A DNA stretch of 64,000 nucleotides from Haplodiscus bocki (lineage: Eukaryota): the NCBI GenBank assembly GCA_965655095.1, contig OZ296656.1, positions 74,400,001 to 74,464,000 of the forward strand, in the 5' to 3' direction. The notes under the pieces were generated by a model, which was not told where the DNA came from, made no database searches, and saw only the letters and a list, made by a program, of their open reading frames with translations. Each line of letters starts with the position of its first letter. Positions within the stretch are counted from its first letter, which is position 1. The position numbers were made by a program, and so were the translations under genes. Positions 40,151 through 52,289 of this stretch are shown here, piece after piece.

Positions 40151-41989
40151 AAGCTCCTTTTTTAAGAGAAAGTTTTTATTTTAAAAAATATAAATTAAAT
40201 TTTGAAACCTCTAAATGAGAGGTTTCATGCCCTAGGTGAGGAAAAATACATTTCTTGCAAGATCTTGATAGAGAATGTATAGTTCATGCATATTCTTCCA
40301 AGATTCTTGCAAATAATAGGTATCTTGCAAGACTCTTATAAGTATCTTGCAAGGAATGTATTGTCGCACGTGGTAGGGGTATTGAAAGTCTAGTATTTAC
40401 TTAGTTGTGCTGGCGGTTGACTTAGTCAGCACTGCTGCGTGGTAGTGACGGCTATTATTTATAAGTCTCAATAGTGTGCCTTGCTTAACCGTGCGAACAA
40501 AGGGATTGAGTGAATTCAAGCAAGGACTTGTGAGCTATAGCGGGGGAAGAATACAACGGAAAGTTAGATTATCAGTGAAGGTATTCCAATATGTCGAATT
40601 GTGGAAAGGGAAATGACTGCACGTACGCAAGGCGGAATTGCTTAGCTCCGTCTAAAGCTGTAAGCGTGGAATAGCACAGGGAAATTCGCCATATGGTCTT
40701 TAATGCTACACTGTTCAGTTAATCTTTCCTTTCTATTTCATCTTCACATTAGCTTCAATACGATTCATATAAACTTTCAATTTTTCCTCTTTATTAATCA
40801 ATTTCAATTTTAAATCACACCGTAGACAGCAGAAATTATTCAGCAAGAAGTCAGAATATTAAACGAGGGGTTAAATAGGGGATGCCACAACCATTATAAC
40901 AATAATTAACATTAAATTTATTTCACTTTAGGAGTGAAGATGCAATAACATTAGCTAATTCAGACCACTTTAATTCAGTCTGAATTAATATTATAAAATG
41001 CAATCAACATCAACCAATTCAGGCTACTTTAATTTATCCTGAATAGAAGTTATGAAATTAAATGTGACGTTGAATTTATTGAATTTAATTGAATTTAGAA
41101 TCTATAAAATAATGAACAGAAATTGGACTCGTTCAATTAAGTCCAATAGAATTATAAAGTAAATTATTACAATTAAATTCTTGGACTATTCAAATTTACT
41201 CCGAATAAATCTTGAAATTATAAATTAATCTTATAAAACATCAGAATTAAAGCTAATCCACATCCACAACTGCTGCTGGAAATCTGAGAATAAATCAAAA
41301 CGTTTCACATACACCATTTTACTTTTCTGACCAGTGCAAGTGGCGAACAAGTCCCGTCTTATCTCTGGTCGGCTTTTTGTAGCCCGCCATTTTACGTTTG
41401 CTTTTACGTCTAGCTAAACCACGTCTCTCACTAGATAGGCTAGGGTAACGGGTTAAAAAAGACTAGCCCCTGTTTTAGTCCCAAGCTGGATAAGCCAGTC
41501 TGTAGGGAAAGGGGGTTCAAATTACATGCATTTTACATTACATGCATTTTACACTACTCTTAGTATTAAAAAAAGGACCGCGGTATCGGGTCTTAATCGT
41601 AAGCTGGTATTTAGTCACCTGCCGATTAACAGTCCGGGCCCACGGGACACCAGCAATAAATAAATTTTCTTCTCTTTTATCTGCGACCAAGGCATACGTC
41701 ATAAGGACTGCCAATAGGTCCTGAATAATAAATATTTCACTTTTACCAAGTAATAATTAAAACTAAGTCCTAGCAAAAAGGGGAAAAATTCACAAAAAAG
41801 GGATTTTAGAAAAATGGAAAAGTCACAAAATGGGCCACGGTGCGGTGGCTGCACGCTGCTACTGGCGACTAATCCTATATCAACTTCTAGCCGGACAAGC
41901 CTCTGCTAGGAACCGTAGTCGAAACAAACGGAAGTCGTCGTGGATTATGTAGGTGCTGCTGGTAGGATGAAAGCAGTTTGCTGTTGATG

Positions 41990-42116
41990 GTCGTTTTTGC
42001 TGGTTGCTGCTGCTGATTGCTGCTATTGATTGCTGCTGCTGGTTGCTGGTGTTGATTGCTGCTGCTGGTTGCTGCTATTGATTGCTGCTGCTGGTTGCTG
42101 CTGTTGATTGCTGCTC
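41990..42116. repeat. 26-bp CTG/CAG-rich minisatellite (ttgattgctgctgctggttgctgcta), about 4 copies
   Basis: Read directly; the unit length is not a multiple of 3. Confidence 0.85.
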
Positions 42117-42117
42117 A

Positions 42118-42505
42118 AAAAGTCTTTGAATATTTCCGGGTTTATGATGATTTGCGGCTAAGACAAATTTGCAGGCGAATAAGTCTTTGAATATTTTCGG
42201 ATTCTTGATGATTTGCGGCTAAGACAAATTTGCAGGCGAAAAAGTCTTTGAATGCCTTCGGATTCTTGATGATTTGCGGCTAAGACAAATTTGCAGGCGA
42301 AAAAGTCTTTGAATGCCTTCGGGTTGCTGATGATTTGCGGCTAAGACAAATTTGCAGGCGAATAAGTCTTTGAATACCTTCGGGTTGTTGATGATTTGCG
42401 ACTAAGACAAATTTGCAGACAAAAAAGTCTTTGAATATTTTCGGGAGATGATGAAAAGTCTTTGAATTTTTTCGGGTTGTTGGTGAAAAGTCTTTGAATT
42501 TTTCC
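42118..42505. repeat. 61-bp minisatellite, 5 full copies plus partials
   Basis: aagtctttgaat...gatgatttgcggctaagacaaatttgcaggcgaa repeats with a 61-bp period. Confidence 0.95.
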
Positions 42506-42592
42506 AGAATATTGATGGGAGAGAAGTGGAAGAGAGGTTCGCCTCGGGGAAGTAAGCTAGAAAGCGAAAGAATATTATGGCTGTGCGCCGGT

Positions 42593-42600
42593 TATTTATA
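42593..42600 (-). promoter_or_regulatory. Candidate LTR TATA box
   Basis: gTATAAATAacc on the minus strand lies ~620 bp into the putative LTR, downstream of duplicated cttcgtgactagtcgttgNgccaata motifs at 42900-42980. Confidence 0.4.
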
Positions 42601-43255
42601 CTCAGCTTACAAAATGGCCGCCAGTTTTGACGAGAGCCAATAGGATCATTTGGCAAGAAATGTTGAGCGGGAAGGTTGGTTCAGCAAAGTAAAAATTGCA
42701 GCCAAGACAATTTTGGAATTGTCTTAGAATATTCCCGTCCGCGGAAAGAGGGAATTTTAGCTAGGCAAGGAGGGAGAGAAAGCAAGGAAAGGGATTTAAA
42801 TAAAGGGAAATAAGTATGGCCGCCGTCCAGTAAGCGAGTAAGTAATAACTGATCAAGCCGCTTTCCCGCACCAGCTACGGAACGAAGTTATGACGGCACC
42901 TTCGTGACTAGTCGTTGAGCCAATAGCGTAGTTGAGCCAAAATGAAATTATACTTCGTGACTAGTCGTTGTGCCAATAACGTTGAACCACATTACAACGC
43001 TTTAGAAATTTTGCTTTTTCCTTCCTTTTGTGCAATTCCAATCCTTCAGCTTTCGTTTATACTGCACGCCATTTTATCAACAGCAGCAATTCCCAGGTTA
43101 GTCAATACCATCTGCAGTTCTCTTGTTAAACATTATTCATTTCCTGTTTAATAGCTTACTGCACGTATTTAAGAAATATAATATATCTGTTTAAGCGTTA
43201 GCTATAACGCGACAACTCACCGGGGTTAAAGGGATAGAAAATTGATTGGGGGGTT

Positions 43256-44479
43256 CTATAGAAGGTATGGTCGGAGTGCGAAAGGTGTGGCGCCTTCAAG
43301 GTTGGGTAGGTCAGTGAATTTTTTTTCCAAATACAAAGCGTCATATAAAAGAAAGTTTTCAGTTTTGCTGAACATCTTGCTGTGCGGAAAGAAGTTGAAG
43401 TTCATTAGGGTAGGTACTGGTTCTCTGGTAGGTCTTCGAAAGGATAACTTCTCGGAGGGTGCGAAGGTGATAGTCCACGTATTCTGGGGGTCGAGTTGGT
43501 CGCGGACTGAAAGATGAATCGTTTTGGGGAACGGCCACGTCAATAAACCATCGTAGTCGCCAGGAAATGAGGCGAACATAATTGAAGCGTGATTTCCAGC
43601 GGCAGAATCCAGACCATATCGGTAGAATTGAACAAAAAAATTGTAGCCGTAGGGGCGTGTGCGATAGACTGGGCTATTGTAATGAGTACTGGGGTCTTTG
43701 GCAGCATTTTCCTGTCGAGCAGAAGATTTAGCGGTGTCGAAGACCAATTTCAATGAAGTTAATTTCCACAAGATAGTGCTTGCTCCTCCAGACTCCAGGG
43801 CTCGGATTCTATCATAGAGAAAGGCGAGTTGAGATCGGTGAATAGATGCAATTGTCTCACGACTTTCCCTTGCCTTGGTAATTTCTTCTTCCAGTTGTCT
43901 GACTCGGGTTTCTAAATCCAGAGAAGGTCCGGATGTTGTTAGGTTTGATAGGAAAGCTCGCGATGGTTCAGTTGGCTGAGATCGAGACGGAGTGCTCGAA
44001 GTTCTTTTCAAGGTAATTGTGACCCTAGGCTTCAATATTTGGATACTGCCTAGGGTACTCGAGTCTTGAAAAGCAACAAAGCTTGGTGGGTCAACTGTAA
44101 AGGAAGCAGGAAGTGAAGAAGATGATGGTTCATGTACTTGGCGGCGCAATTGGGTTAGCTCATCTTCAAGTCGGCAATTAGTGGTGCACAGCTTAAGGCG
44201 TTCATTCTTCTCAGTGTTAAGATCCACTTAGAATTGAGCCACTTGTTGTTGAACTGCGTGGAGGTAATGGAACTGCTTGATATTAGCCAATGGAAAGGTT
44301 TGGATTAGGGGCTTCGTTTGTTCCAGTGTTTGTTCTGATTTTATTTTAAGTTGGTTGACTTGACTGGTTAATAGATGCAACTGCTCTGATACTATAGGGC
44401 TATTGGAATCCGGAGAGGTTTTAGGATATTTAGTCGGAATTGTAAGATCAATAATATCTTAGGAAGTAGATGCATCCAT
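43256..44479 (-). pseudogene. Intronless coiled-coil + TRAF-C (MATH) domain ORF, 407 codons before the terminal stop, with two in-frame TAA stops
   Basis: The C-terminus has TRAF-type motifs ILWKL, SPVYRTRPYGYNF, GLDSAAGNHASI, PGDYDGLLTWPF and SFRRP. The frame extends upstream of the listed 323-aa ORF to an ATG at 44479 (MDASTS*DIIDLT...VAQF*VDLN), with stops at 44459-44461 and 44228-44230. No RING or zinc fingers are seen. Confidence 0.88.
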
Positions 44480-45570
44480 TTCTGTCAGCAACTCAGGGCG
44501 ATATATTGTGAATAATCGTGAGCAGGTCGTCGGCTTGAATATGGGTGCGTGTGGATTCAGTGTCATTCGACGGGCTGTACTTCAATAGCTGACAGGGGTA
44601 CCACAAGTCTCTGTGATGACAAGACAGTATTCTGAATAGTATATTCCTGCCTTTTGTGATCCCAAAATACAATTTCCAAAATACAAGATTCTTGTAAGAA
44701 ATGCATTTTTGTTCGACTAAGGTACTTCGACTGATTGTAGTTCCTCAGAAACGAAGTCTCCGATTTTTGTTCATTTTCAGGCACTCTTGATTTGACGCCA
44801 CTCGATTATCCGCCAGTTCGCAAAACCGTGCCAGAAATGACACGTTACAAAATTTGTACTTCCTGAATTACCGCCAAATTCACATATCCATCAGCCCCAA
44901 AAAATCGCTAACAAGATGTTTTTCAAGGATGAACTAATTTTTTTCGTAAACGACAAATGTGAGTGAGATAAAATTCTCCTTCGTAGAAATTAAAGATGTA
45001 AAACGGACAAAGGTTTTCCAAACAGTTTATCTCGAAGATAATCGGATATCTTTTCGAGATTGCTGTCAATTTCATGTACATTTATGCATCTACATCGATA
45101 TTTCGGTCGATATAAAACTCCAGAGGCAGAAATAGTTTCCCTGCCATTTCGTACATTTGCCATGTTATTGCTTTAACGGACTATAGTGAGAACCGAGAGT
45201 GCACTGTAATTGCAATCCATTACGCTTGCACCATTAATTAATCTATGAACTAATTTTTAACAATCTGGTGATTAACTGATTGCAATTAATTGCAAAGTAT
45301 TTGGTTGCAATTAATTTTTGATGGTGGGAACACGGGAAAATTCGATTACTATTTGAACGTGTGTGGCATACTGAGTCATAACCAGAATCTAAAAACAGTT
45401 CATCAAAATATTTTGCATTCTTTTCTTGATATTATGAGAACGACATTAATGAGAAAAATCACAATAGAAATTATCTGGCAAAAGCGAGAGAACTGGAAAC
45501 AGAAAAATAAAATGTCAATTCTCTATCTCTCTGGGTTCGCAATGCTAATTTTAAATAAATCTCAATCCAG

Positions 45571-45744
45571 GCACCGGAAATGGAAGCTGATGACATCATC
45601 AATACAGTTGAAGAAGCAGTGGCTGTCGAGAGTGTACCAACAGGTCTACAGGCTGCTCCACCCCCTAAAGAAGACCACCAAGCGATGATTCATCAATTGC
45701 CAATGAATGCTCCTCAGATAGATTTCATAACAATGGCCGAGAAG
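45571..45744 (+). CDS. Exon of coiled-coil protein gene (APEMEADD...TMAEK)
   Basis: ccag acceptor, gtttgt donor, 174 nt, phase 0/0, protein-like composition. Confidence 0.75.
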
Positions 45745-46877
45745 GTTTGTACCTACAGTGTTTTTGATAATATTTTTTCTCTGGCGAGCGGAACGAAGCC
45801 TATTATTGTCCGCCTCAGGACGTCAAAATGGATGTCATTTTTTCCCTGTCCCATGACTTGCCTCTCTGTTTTTCGATTAGAAGTAAAAACGTGAGTGCAC
45901 AAACAACTTTTAGTGGTCGCTCCCGAGGAAAAACCGATTGTTTTGGTTACTCGGTTTCAGTTTTGAGGATCACGTCAAAATGTCAAGATTTGATTAGCTT
46001 ACTTGCTGTTTCTAATTGTCCCCAACCCAAAGTCGCGTAACCACGTCAATATGTACAAAGTAGAATGGATATAATATTCCAAGCAGTGTGGAACGTACTA
46101 AAGAGCCTCATGATTTTTTGGCATTCTGAGACAAAAATGTGGTAGTCCCCCTTTGTTTGCCTCAATTTCCTGAAAACCAATTTTCGAAAACGTTAGAGAG
46201 TTCTCCCTGTAATTTTCTCAGCGTTGTGAAGCAAAACTTTCCGACAAAACTATCTTGATATGTTTTTTGTTTCGCCTAAATTTTTGCACTCGACCGTTGT
46301 ATCAATTTTGTTGCTTCGATACTAACCTCTATAACGCGGTAACTTGATTTCTGGTGGTAACGAATCTTTTTGATGGGAAAGTTGATGCGAAATGTTTACC
46401 CACAGTGATCGAACGGTCTTTTTTTCGAAAAGGCGAGTTTTGTATATTGCAAGTCAAAAAGTTGTATCGACATCATACCATCGTTGTAAACTAGCGTGGA
46501 AACACCATGACTAGTTCAAACTTTTGATATGTTGCCCGACTTTCATCAAACGAAACCTTTATTGCTCTGGGAATTCTGAGAAACTTTTGTTACTGAAAAT
46601 TTTTGGTGAAATCTGCAGTTTTGGCAAAATTGAGCTCTAAAAATGTCACTTCTGCATTTCGAAGAGTGCTGGAGAGACAGCTTTTTGACGAGCACTATAA
46701 AATCTTCGACTATAAAATTGTAATAGACAAATTTGACTGTCTTTCTGTTTGCTTGATTTTTTCTGACTTTTCTTCCGGGAAAATCAATTTATCACCAGTT
46801 TTGTTTGAACCTCTTGCATATGTAGGTCAAGGTATATGAGCGGGGAATGTGAAGTTCTTAATGTTTCGTTACATATA

Positions 46878-47112
46878 AAAAAAGATCGGCGGAGTAACAA
46901 TGCATTTCGAGAATAAATTTCATCATCAGGCAAAAATGATCTAAAAAACAAAGCACATCTGTTTAGTATCTTAAAAAGCAGAAGCGAAGTTTGAAACGAG
47001 TGAGATGTATACACATCGTAAAACACAAGTGACGGCACTGTTGGGCTTCCTTCAGAGCGTCAGTAGAAGCTCTTTGTGATCGGTATTCATCCCTGGTGTT
47101 GATGGAAGGATT
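46878..47112 (+). repeat. Dispersed ~240-bp repeat, copy 2
   Basis: Same-orientation match to 39455-39692. Confidence 0.85.
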
Positions 47113-47193
47113 CGAATTAGCTTTGTGAGAAAAGTGGTTAAATATGTCGTCTATGTTTTTCAGTTGGCTTTTTCAAGGCTAGTGTTTTTGCAG

Positions 47194-47303
47194 GTAGCAA
47201 TTGAAGAGAAGTACGAGAAAGAGATGGACGAAATTAAACAAAAAATAACAGAAATGGAAACTCAGCTGGAAGATCTACAAGAAGAAAAGAACAAAATTAC
47301 TGA
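47194..47303 (+). CDS. Exon, coiled coil (VAIEEKYEKEMDEIKQK...KIT)
   Basis: tttttgcag acceptor, gttagt donor, 110 nt, phase 0/2, E/K-rich heptad-like sequence. Confidence 0.85.
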
Positions 47304-48414
47304 GTTAGTTGGAATTATTAACCTTTAATAATTTCAGTTCATTTAATGTTCAAAACGGAATTTTATTTCGCAATAACTATTGCCTGGCCTTGGTTACCTC
47401 TGAGACAGTCCTAACTAAATCAGTATCCAATCACTTTTAATTACTCTTCTTTTCTCTCATGTTTGCGTATGGTTGAACTCACATGCCAAGACATCAAGAA
47501 TATTTTTTGCCAAATGTGTAAATTTTTAGGGAACTTTACAAAATTAGAAGTAGTATAGCATTTTGTTTGATTTGCAACGGGTCAATCCTTGGATTTTTTT
47601 GAAATTTAATTGGTATTCACCCGTTGAAATATTCTACGAAAGCAAGGATGGCCCCATTCATTGTAAACCAGATAAAACGATATGCCCTCTTTAGATCAAT
47701 ATTTTTTACAGGAAGCATTATGACTCACGTTCAGAAGCGGTGCTTTTCCCAGTTATCCTGGGACTTCTTATTTTGAGTTATTTTTTGTATAAGAAGAGTG
47801 TCCGACAGTTACAGTGCATTTATTTTGTCACCGTGAAAAATTACGAATATTGAACGTGTTCAGACTAATGAATTTAGTGAAATATTCCCCATCAACTATT
47901 GCTGGAGTTCCATTATTATTCGCACGGCGAGACGGCGAATATATTTGTCATGCCCCCTGCCTATAGCAAAACTTTGAAGTTGAATGGGCTTAGAATGTTT
48001 GTGATACACCCTTTGATTTACATCGAAAGTAGAAAAGGCAAAAATTTTCAGCAAAACTCTTGCTGACCTTCGAGGTTTTTCAAAATTACCGAAAGCCATT
48101 TTAAAAATTGTGGCGCCCCCTTCACTGACACCAAACTTGAATGAAACTAAATATTAGACCAAAATTTTTCAAAAGGCAAAAAAACTTGATGATTTTTGAG
48201 CCTTACTGACAGCGCCGACTGGGGCCGGTCCCGGCTTTTTTCATCGACACTTCCTTTCCTTGATATGAAATTCATCGGCGTTCACGAATGTCCGGCAAAT
48301 AAGAGCTCATATTGATTTTTGAAATTTTGGTCATAAAAAAGTGCTCCCTGGCGGGCAAATGTGGCACCGTTCAATATTATTTAACATATGAAGATTGATT
48401 GATTTTTGTTTCAG

Positions 48415-48514
48415 AGATCTGGCTGCTGAAAATATGAGCAAGCAGAAACTGATGATCCAGCTGGATGCCGAAAAAGCTAGAAGCGTGAACAACCAAGAAC
48501 GAGCGGATGACAAG
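48415..48514 (+). CDS. Exon, coiled coil (DLAAENMSKQK...RADDK)
   Basis: tttcag acceptor, gtcgat donor, 100 nt, phase 2/0; its first base completes a GAA codon with the previous exon. Confidence 0.85.
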
Positions 48515-48984
48515 GTCGATATTACTTTTATCACTTTATATTCAATCACTGCGTATGTGTCAATCTTTAATTTATCATTTTCCGTATATGATATCATAAC
48601 AACCTTCAAAATATTAGCATGAGCATAATATGTGACAGAAAGTTCATTCTTTGTTATCTATCACTGCGTAAATTTTCCAGCTTCTCTGTTTAAATTGAAG
48701 TGCGCGTGACACAAGAATGCTTCGTGTTCACAAATTGTTGGTTCGAGTCTTACCTGGAGCAAAATTTTTAATATTTTACCATTTTTCTTGCTCAGTTGAT
48801 TCGGTTTATAAATAGACTAAATGAGCACCATCGTTGTGGATTCGAAACCCACCTCTTCCAACTTTTTGCCAATCTAAGCGTTTTTTAGCTCAGTTCATAT
48901 TCGGCGCCTTTGAAACTTTATTTTTTGGTCACTGAACAGTGAGATACTTGAGTTTGTGAGTTTAATTGCTGGATTCTCTTGCAG

Positions 48985-49148
48985 ATTCGTGAACTGAAAG
49001 AGAAAGTGGAAGAGAAGGAGAGTTTTGTAAAGCACCTGCAAGGTGAGCTGAGAGCGAAAGACGAACAAATCAGTGAGTTGCAGGAGAAGATCCACTCCAG
49101 AGAAGTTCACAACACGAAACTGCAGGCCGATCTTGACCACACGCAACA
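48985..49148 (+). CDS. Exon, coiled coil (IRELKEKVEEK...LDHTQ)
   Basis: ctcttgcag acceptor, gttagt donor, 164 nt, phase 0/2. Confidence 0.88.
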
Positions 49149-52100
49149 GTTAGTTCCACTTCTGATATTTTGCAACCTTATTATTTTCCGCCCATATTTT
49201 GAATACATATAAAGTTATTAATTCAACATTCAGGTTTTTAGATCAAATTTGCCTATTACACAAAGGTGCACGGAAAAAAAATTATTTCACCATTCTGTTC
49301 GAACTGTCCAGTAGAATGCGTTCAGCATAGTGATCTTTCTCCAAAAAACTTTTGTGCCAAAATTTGTTTTTTTTTTGCGGAAAAAAATGAAAAATTCGAT
49401 TTGAGATGCAATTTTGAACTTTTTAAAAACTTTTTTTTAAAGTATGAGTTGCGGGATTTTAACGTTTCTTCCATAATTGGGAATGCGGAAAAATATCCAG
49501 GAGTCAGCTGGGCGTGTTGTTAATTCTCTGAGACTAGCTGTACCGATGATCGAATCCTGTGCTGGGCCTCGAGCATTCATTATTTTATATAATTTAGTGT
49601 ATAATTAGATAAAATACGTTGAATTCTCAGAAATTTCAATTAACCCAGGTGATTGTTTCTTTTGAAGCCTTGACCCCAAATTTGAATTGGAAAGCGCTAA
49701 GTAGTATTTACGAAAAGGGATGACCGAAGCAGCTATAATTGTATCGATTTTTTTTTTCATTTTAATATTTTCCGCCCATATTTCATGTATGGAAAGAAAA
49801 TCATTCACCCAACATTCAGAATTTGACAATTGCACGATGAAGCAAAAAAGCAGGAAAAAATGGTGCGCCTATTTGTTCTAATGTGGTTGTAGATCAATAT
49901 AGTTACATTTTTCGAAAAAAAATGGTTTGTCGAATTTAAGAGTTTGTTTAGAAACTCGAGCTTTGTGCATTTTTCTGACTTTTTTTGTTCGACTTACCAT
50001 TTTAACGTTCGTTCTCTAGTTTGGAAGGGTAATTTAGAAGAAAATATCCCGGACTTTGCCGGTCGTCTTTTTTCCAATAATTATCTGAGCGTTGTTTTTC
50101 GCTTCATATTCTAAAACACGTTTCCTTGCGAATTTGATCATGAACTTGCATGTTTCCAAACTAACTTTCGAAAATTTTTCATAATTCAGGCAAAAACTTA
50201 GATGCTTATATTTTGTCTGACGCAGGCAATTTTATGAAATTCTTTTATGCAACATGAAAAAATTCCATGAACTTTGTCTGAAACTTACAAAATATGACTG
50301 CAGTCGCTGCAATCTCAGTTTAGAAGATTTTGTAGGAATGTTGGAAACTATTCCTTGCACGTTTTACAGAAGAGGTGCAATCAAATTTTTGTAATGGTGA
50401 TTGATAACTTATTTATTTCGCGGAATTTTCCACTGTGTCACTGAAAAGGCTTGAAATGGAACATATGTCTGCATTTAGGTGAAACTAGGAAGTTTAAACA
50501 ATCTTTTGCCCGCTTTTGTACGGAAAAAACCGCCGAGGGTTTGCAGTTAGCTTTCGGATACGGAAGGATCGTTGGCACAGATTAGTTGCTGGAAACCAGG
50601 ACACATTTCTGAGAGAAATGCCTCTGTATTCGACAATTGCGTTTTAGTTCTAAAATTTATTGTACCAAGTCCATTATATTGCGAACCGCAGCTGCTTCTT
50701 CGTAACAGTGTACTGACGTTTTTTCGCGGCTGTTGAGATCTTGTCCATCAATCAAAAACAGGTAAGTGATGGTCCTTTTGTCAGGGTGTCAATTAAATAA
50801 CGGGAATTACCAACAGGTACATGCTTCTCATTGCAGGTTTTTTACATTCAAAAATGGATTTTGATATAATTTGGATTTTTGTATGAACGTTGGGTGAATA
50901 TATTTGAACGAATTTTTTCTCGGCTAAACTTAATGATTGTTTTCCGGTTAACACAACTCGCATTGGAATTATTTTTCTCCGTTATTGCGTGCAAAGTTCC
51001 GCAGAGTTTTTTACGATCCCGAAAACTTAGCGTTCTGTGATAATTTCGGCGAGTAATTAACGTTCAAAATTGAAAAACATGGAATTTTTACCATTTTCTA
51101 AAATAAATTTTTGCCAATCATAGCTTCATCTGACCATCTATATCCGACATACTCTAAACCTTTTCTGTGCATATATTGTCCGGCTATTCCAAGCCATCCA
51201 CTGGTTGATTTTGTTTGGAAAGGCCGTTTTTGCGAAATTTTTTGCACCAAGTAACAACCTTCTCTGTCTTTACATTATTCAATTTATTTTTGAGTTGAAG
51301 GGTTTTTCGTTAAAGCGAATTGGTGCGAGGGTTTTCATTTTTTCGACAAATATTCTCAATAGGATCATAAGTGACCTGGGAACAGTTTATCGTGTCGCGG
51401 AAAATTTTTCTCGGCGAGTTATAAGCAAAAAACGTGGAAATTTTGGGTGCTTTTGGAGGACATTGGCCATAGTTTGGTATTTCTTTGACTCCGCAGGCTC
51501 CAGATTCACTTAGAAATCACTAAAACAGCTGAACCACAATTATTAGCGAGTTTTTCAATGACATCAGTATTATCCCAATTTCTCTGCACCACTTCTCCGA
51601 AAATTAATTGTACCATGTTCAAGCAAAAATTCTCTCAAGTTATTGCTCCTCTATAATTCTTTAGGAACTTCAAGCCGGAGGTTGAAAAGATTCCCGCTTG
51701 CAGTGAAGCTTCAGACACGGGATCTTTTATCTTAGAGCGTCACTCCTCTCCTTCGCAAGCCTTGCACTGAACATATTAGCGCCTATGTTTTTATTGGAAG
51801 AAATAACTTCTTTCTTATTTAATAATTGAACAACGAAATTTGAAGAAACCCGTTCAATTTCTCGCCAGATTCATTTTTTTCGAAGCAGCTACTGATAGCT
51901 GTAAGGCTCATAAGAGAAAAGCGGAGCCAAGATCAGGTCTCACGAATTCGATGTTTTCGCAGAGGAATGTAGCACCTTACCCTTGTTAATATTTAGAGCT
52001 TCCAAGAAAAAAGAAGTCCATTTAGAGTTGGAAAAACCCAATCGGACTAGTTGTTTCAAATAACGGACACTAAAAATTTCTTAAAGCTTCCCAATGCAAT

Positions 52101-52289
52101 TTGAGATTTTGAGAGGGGAAGTCTGAAAAAACTGCCGCTGCTGCTTTGCAGTCTTACTTAGCAAAGAGACGTTGAATGAGCCGGAAAGTTATGCCTTGCG
52201 AAGTCTAATTAGTGAGAAAAACACTTTCAACGAACATCATAGGGAAAAATGTAATTTCTTCAACAAAAGTTGAGAGAAATTGCGATGAA

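Larger units (their letters stand above)
40362..43214 (-). mobile_element. Putative long (2.85 kb) 3' LTR of an LTR retrotransposon
   Basis: Termini are TGTCGC...GCGACA (TG..CA with a 6-bp inverted repeat). There is a sharp junction with the MITE at 40361/40362, TATAAATA on the minus strand, CCAAT-bearing direct repeats, and an ORF ending 42 bp before it. There is no second LTR or TSD, and the polypurine tract is weak. Confidence 0.6.
40230..44722. mobile_element. CTTGCAAG-rich MITE split in two (40230-40361 and ~44684-44722) by an LTR-element fragment
   Basis: The left end ccctaggtga and right end tcgactaagg resemble the termini of the 58786 and 63685 elements; cttgcaag motifs flank both sides of the insert. 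Confidence 0.65.

Noticed and set aside
41990-42116. Polyglutamine coding exon on the minus strand
   Set aside because: The repeat unit is 26 bp, so the frame shifts with each unit, and there is no ORF or splice context.
40361-43215. LTR ends (TTGTCGC / GCGACAA) equal the satellite tRNA acceptor stem
   Set aside because: The match is only 7-9 nt, partly forced by the TG..CA rule, and it is not positioned or oriented as a primer-binding site (no TGG after an LTR). It is treated as coincidence unless full-length elements show a TGGTGCGACAAG PBS.
43256-44227. Intact host TRAF gene of 323 aa
   Set aside because: The listed start is a GTG directly after an in-frame TAA. The real frame begins at ATG 44479 and has two stops. 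It is intronless and lies inside an insertion, so no gene symbol was assigned.
48700-48900. tRNA gene or SINE near ggttcgagtc and ggattcgaaaccc
   Set aside because: Only B-box-like words are present and no cloverleaf could be built; at most an unrecognisable SINE relic.
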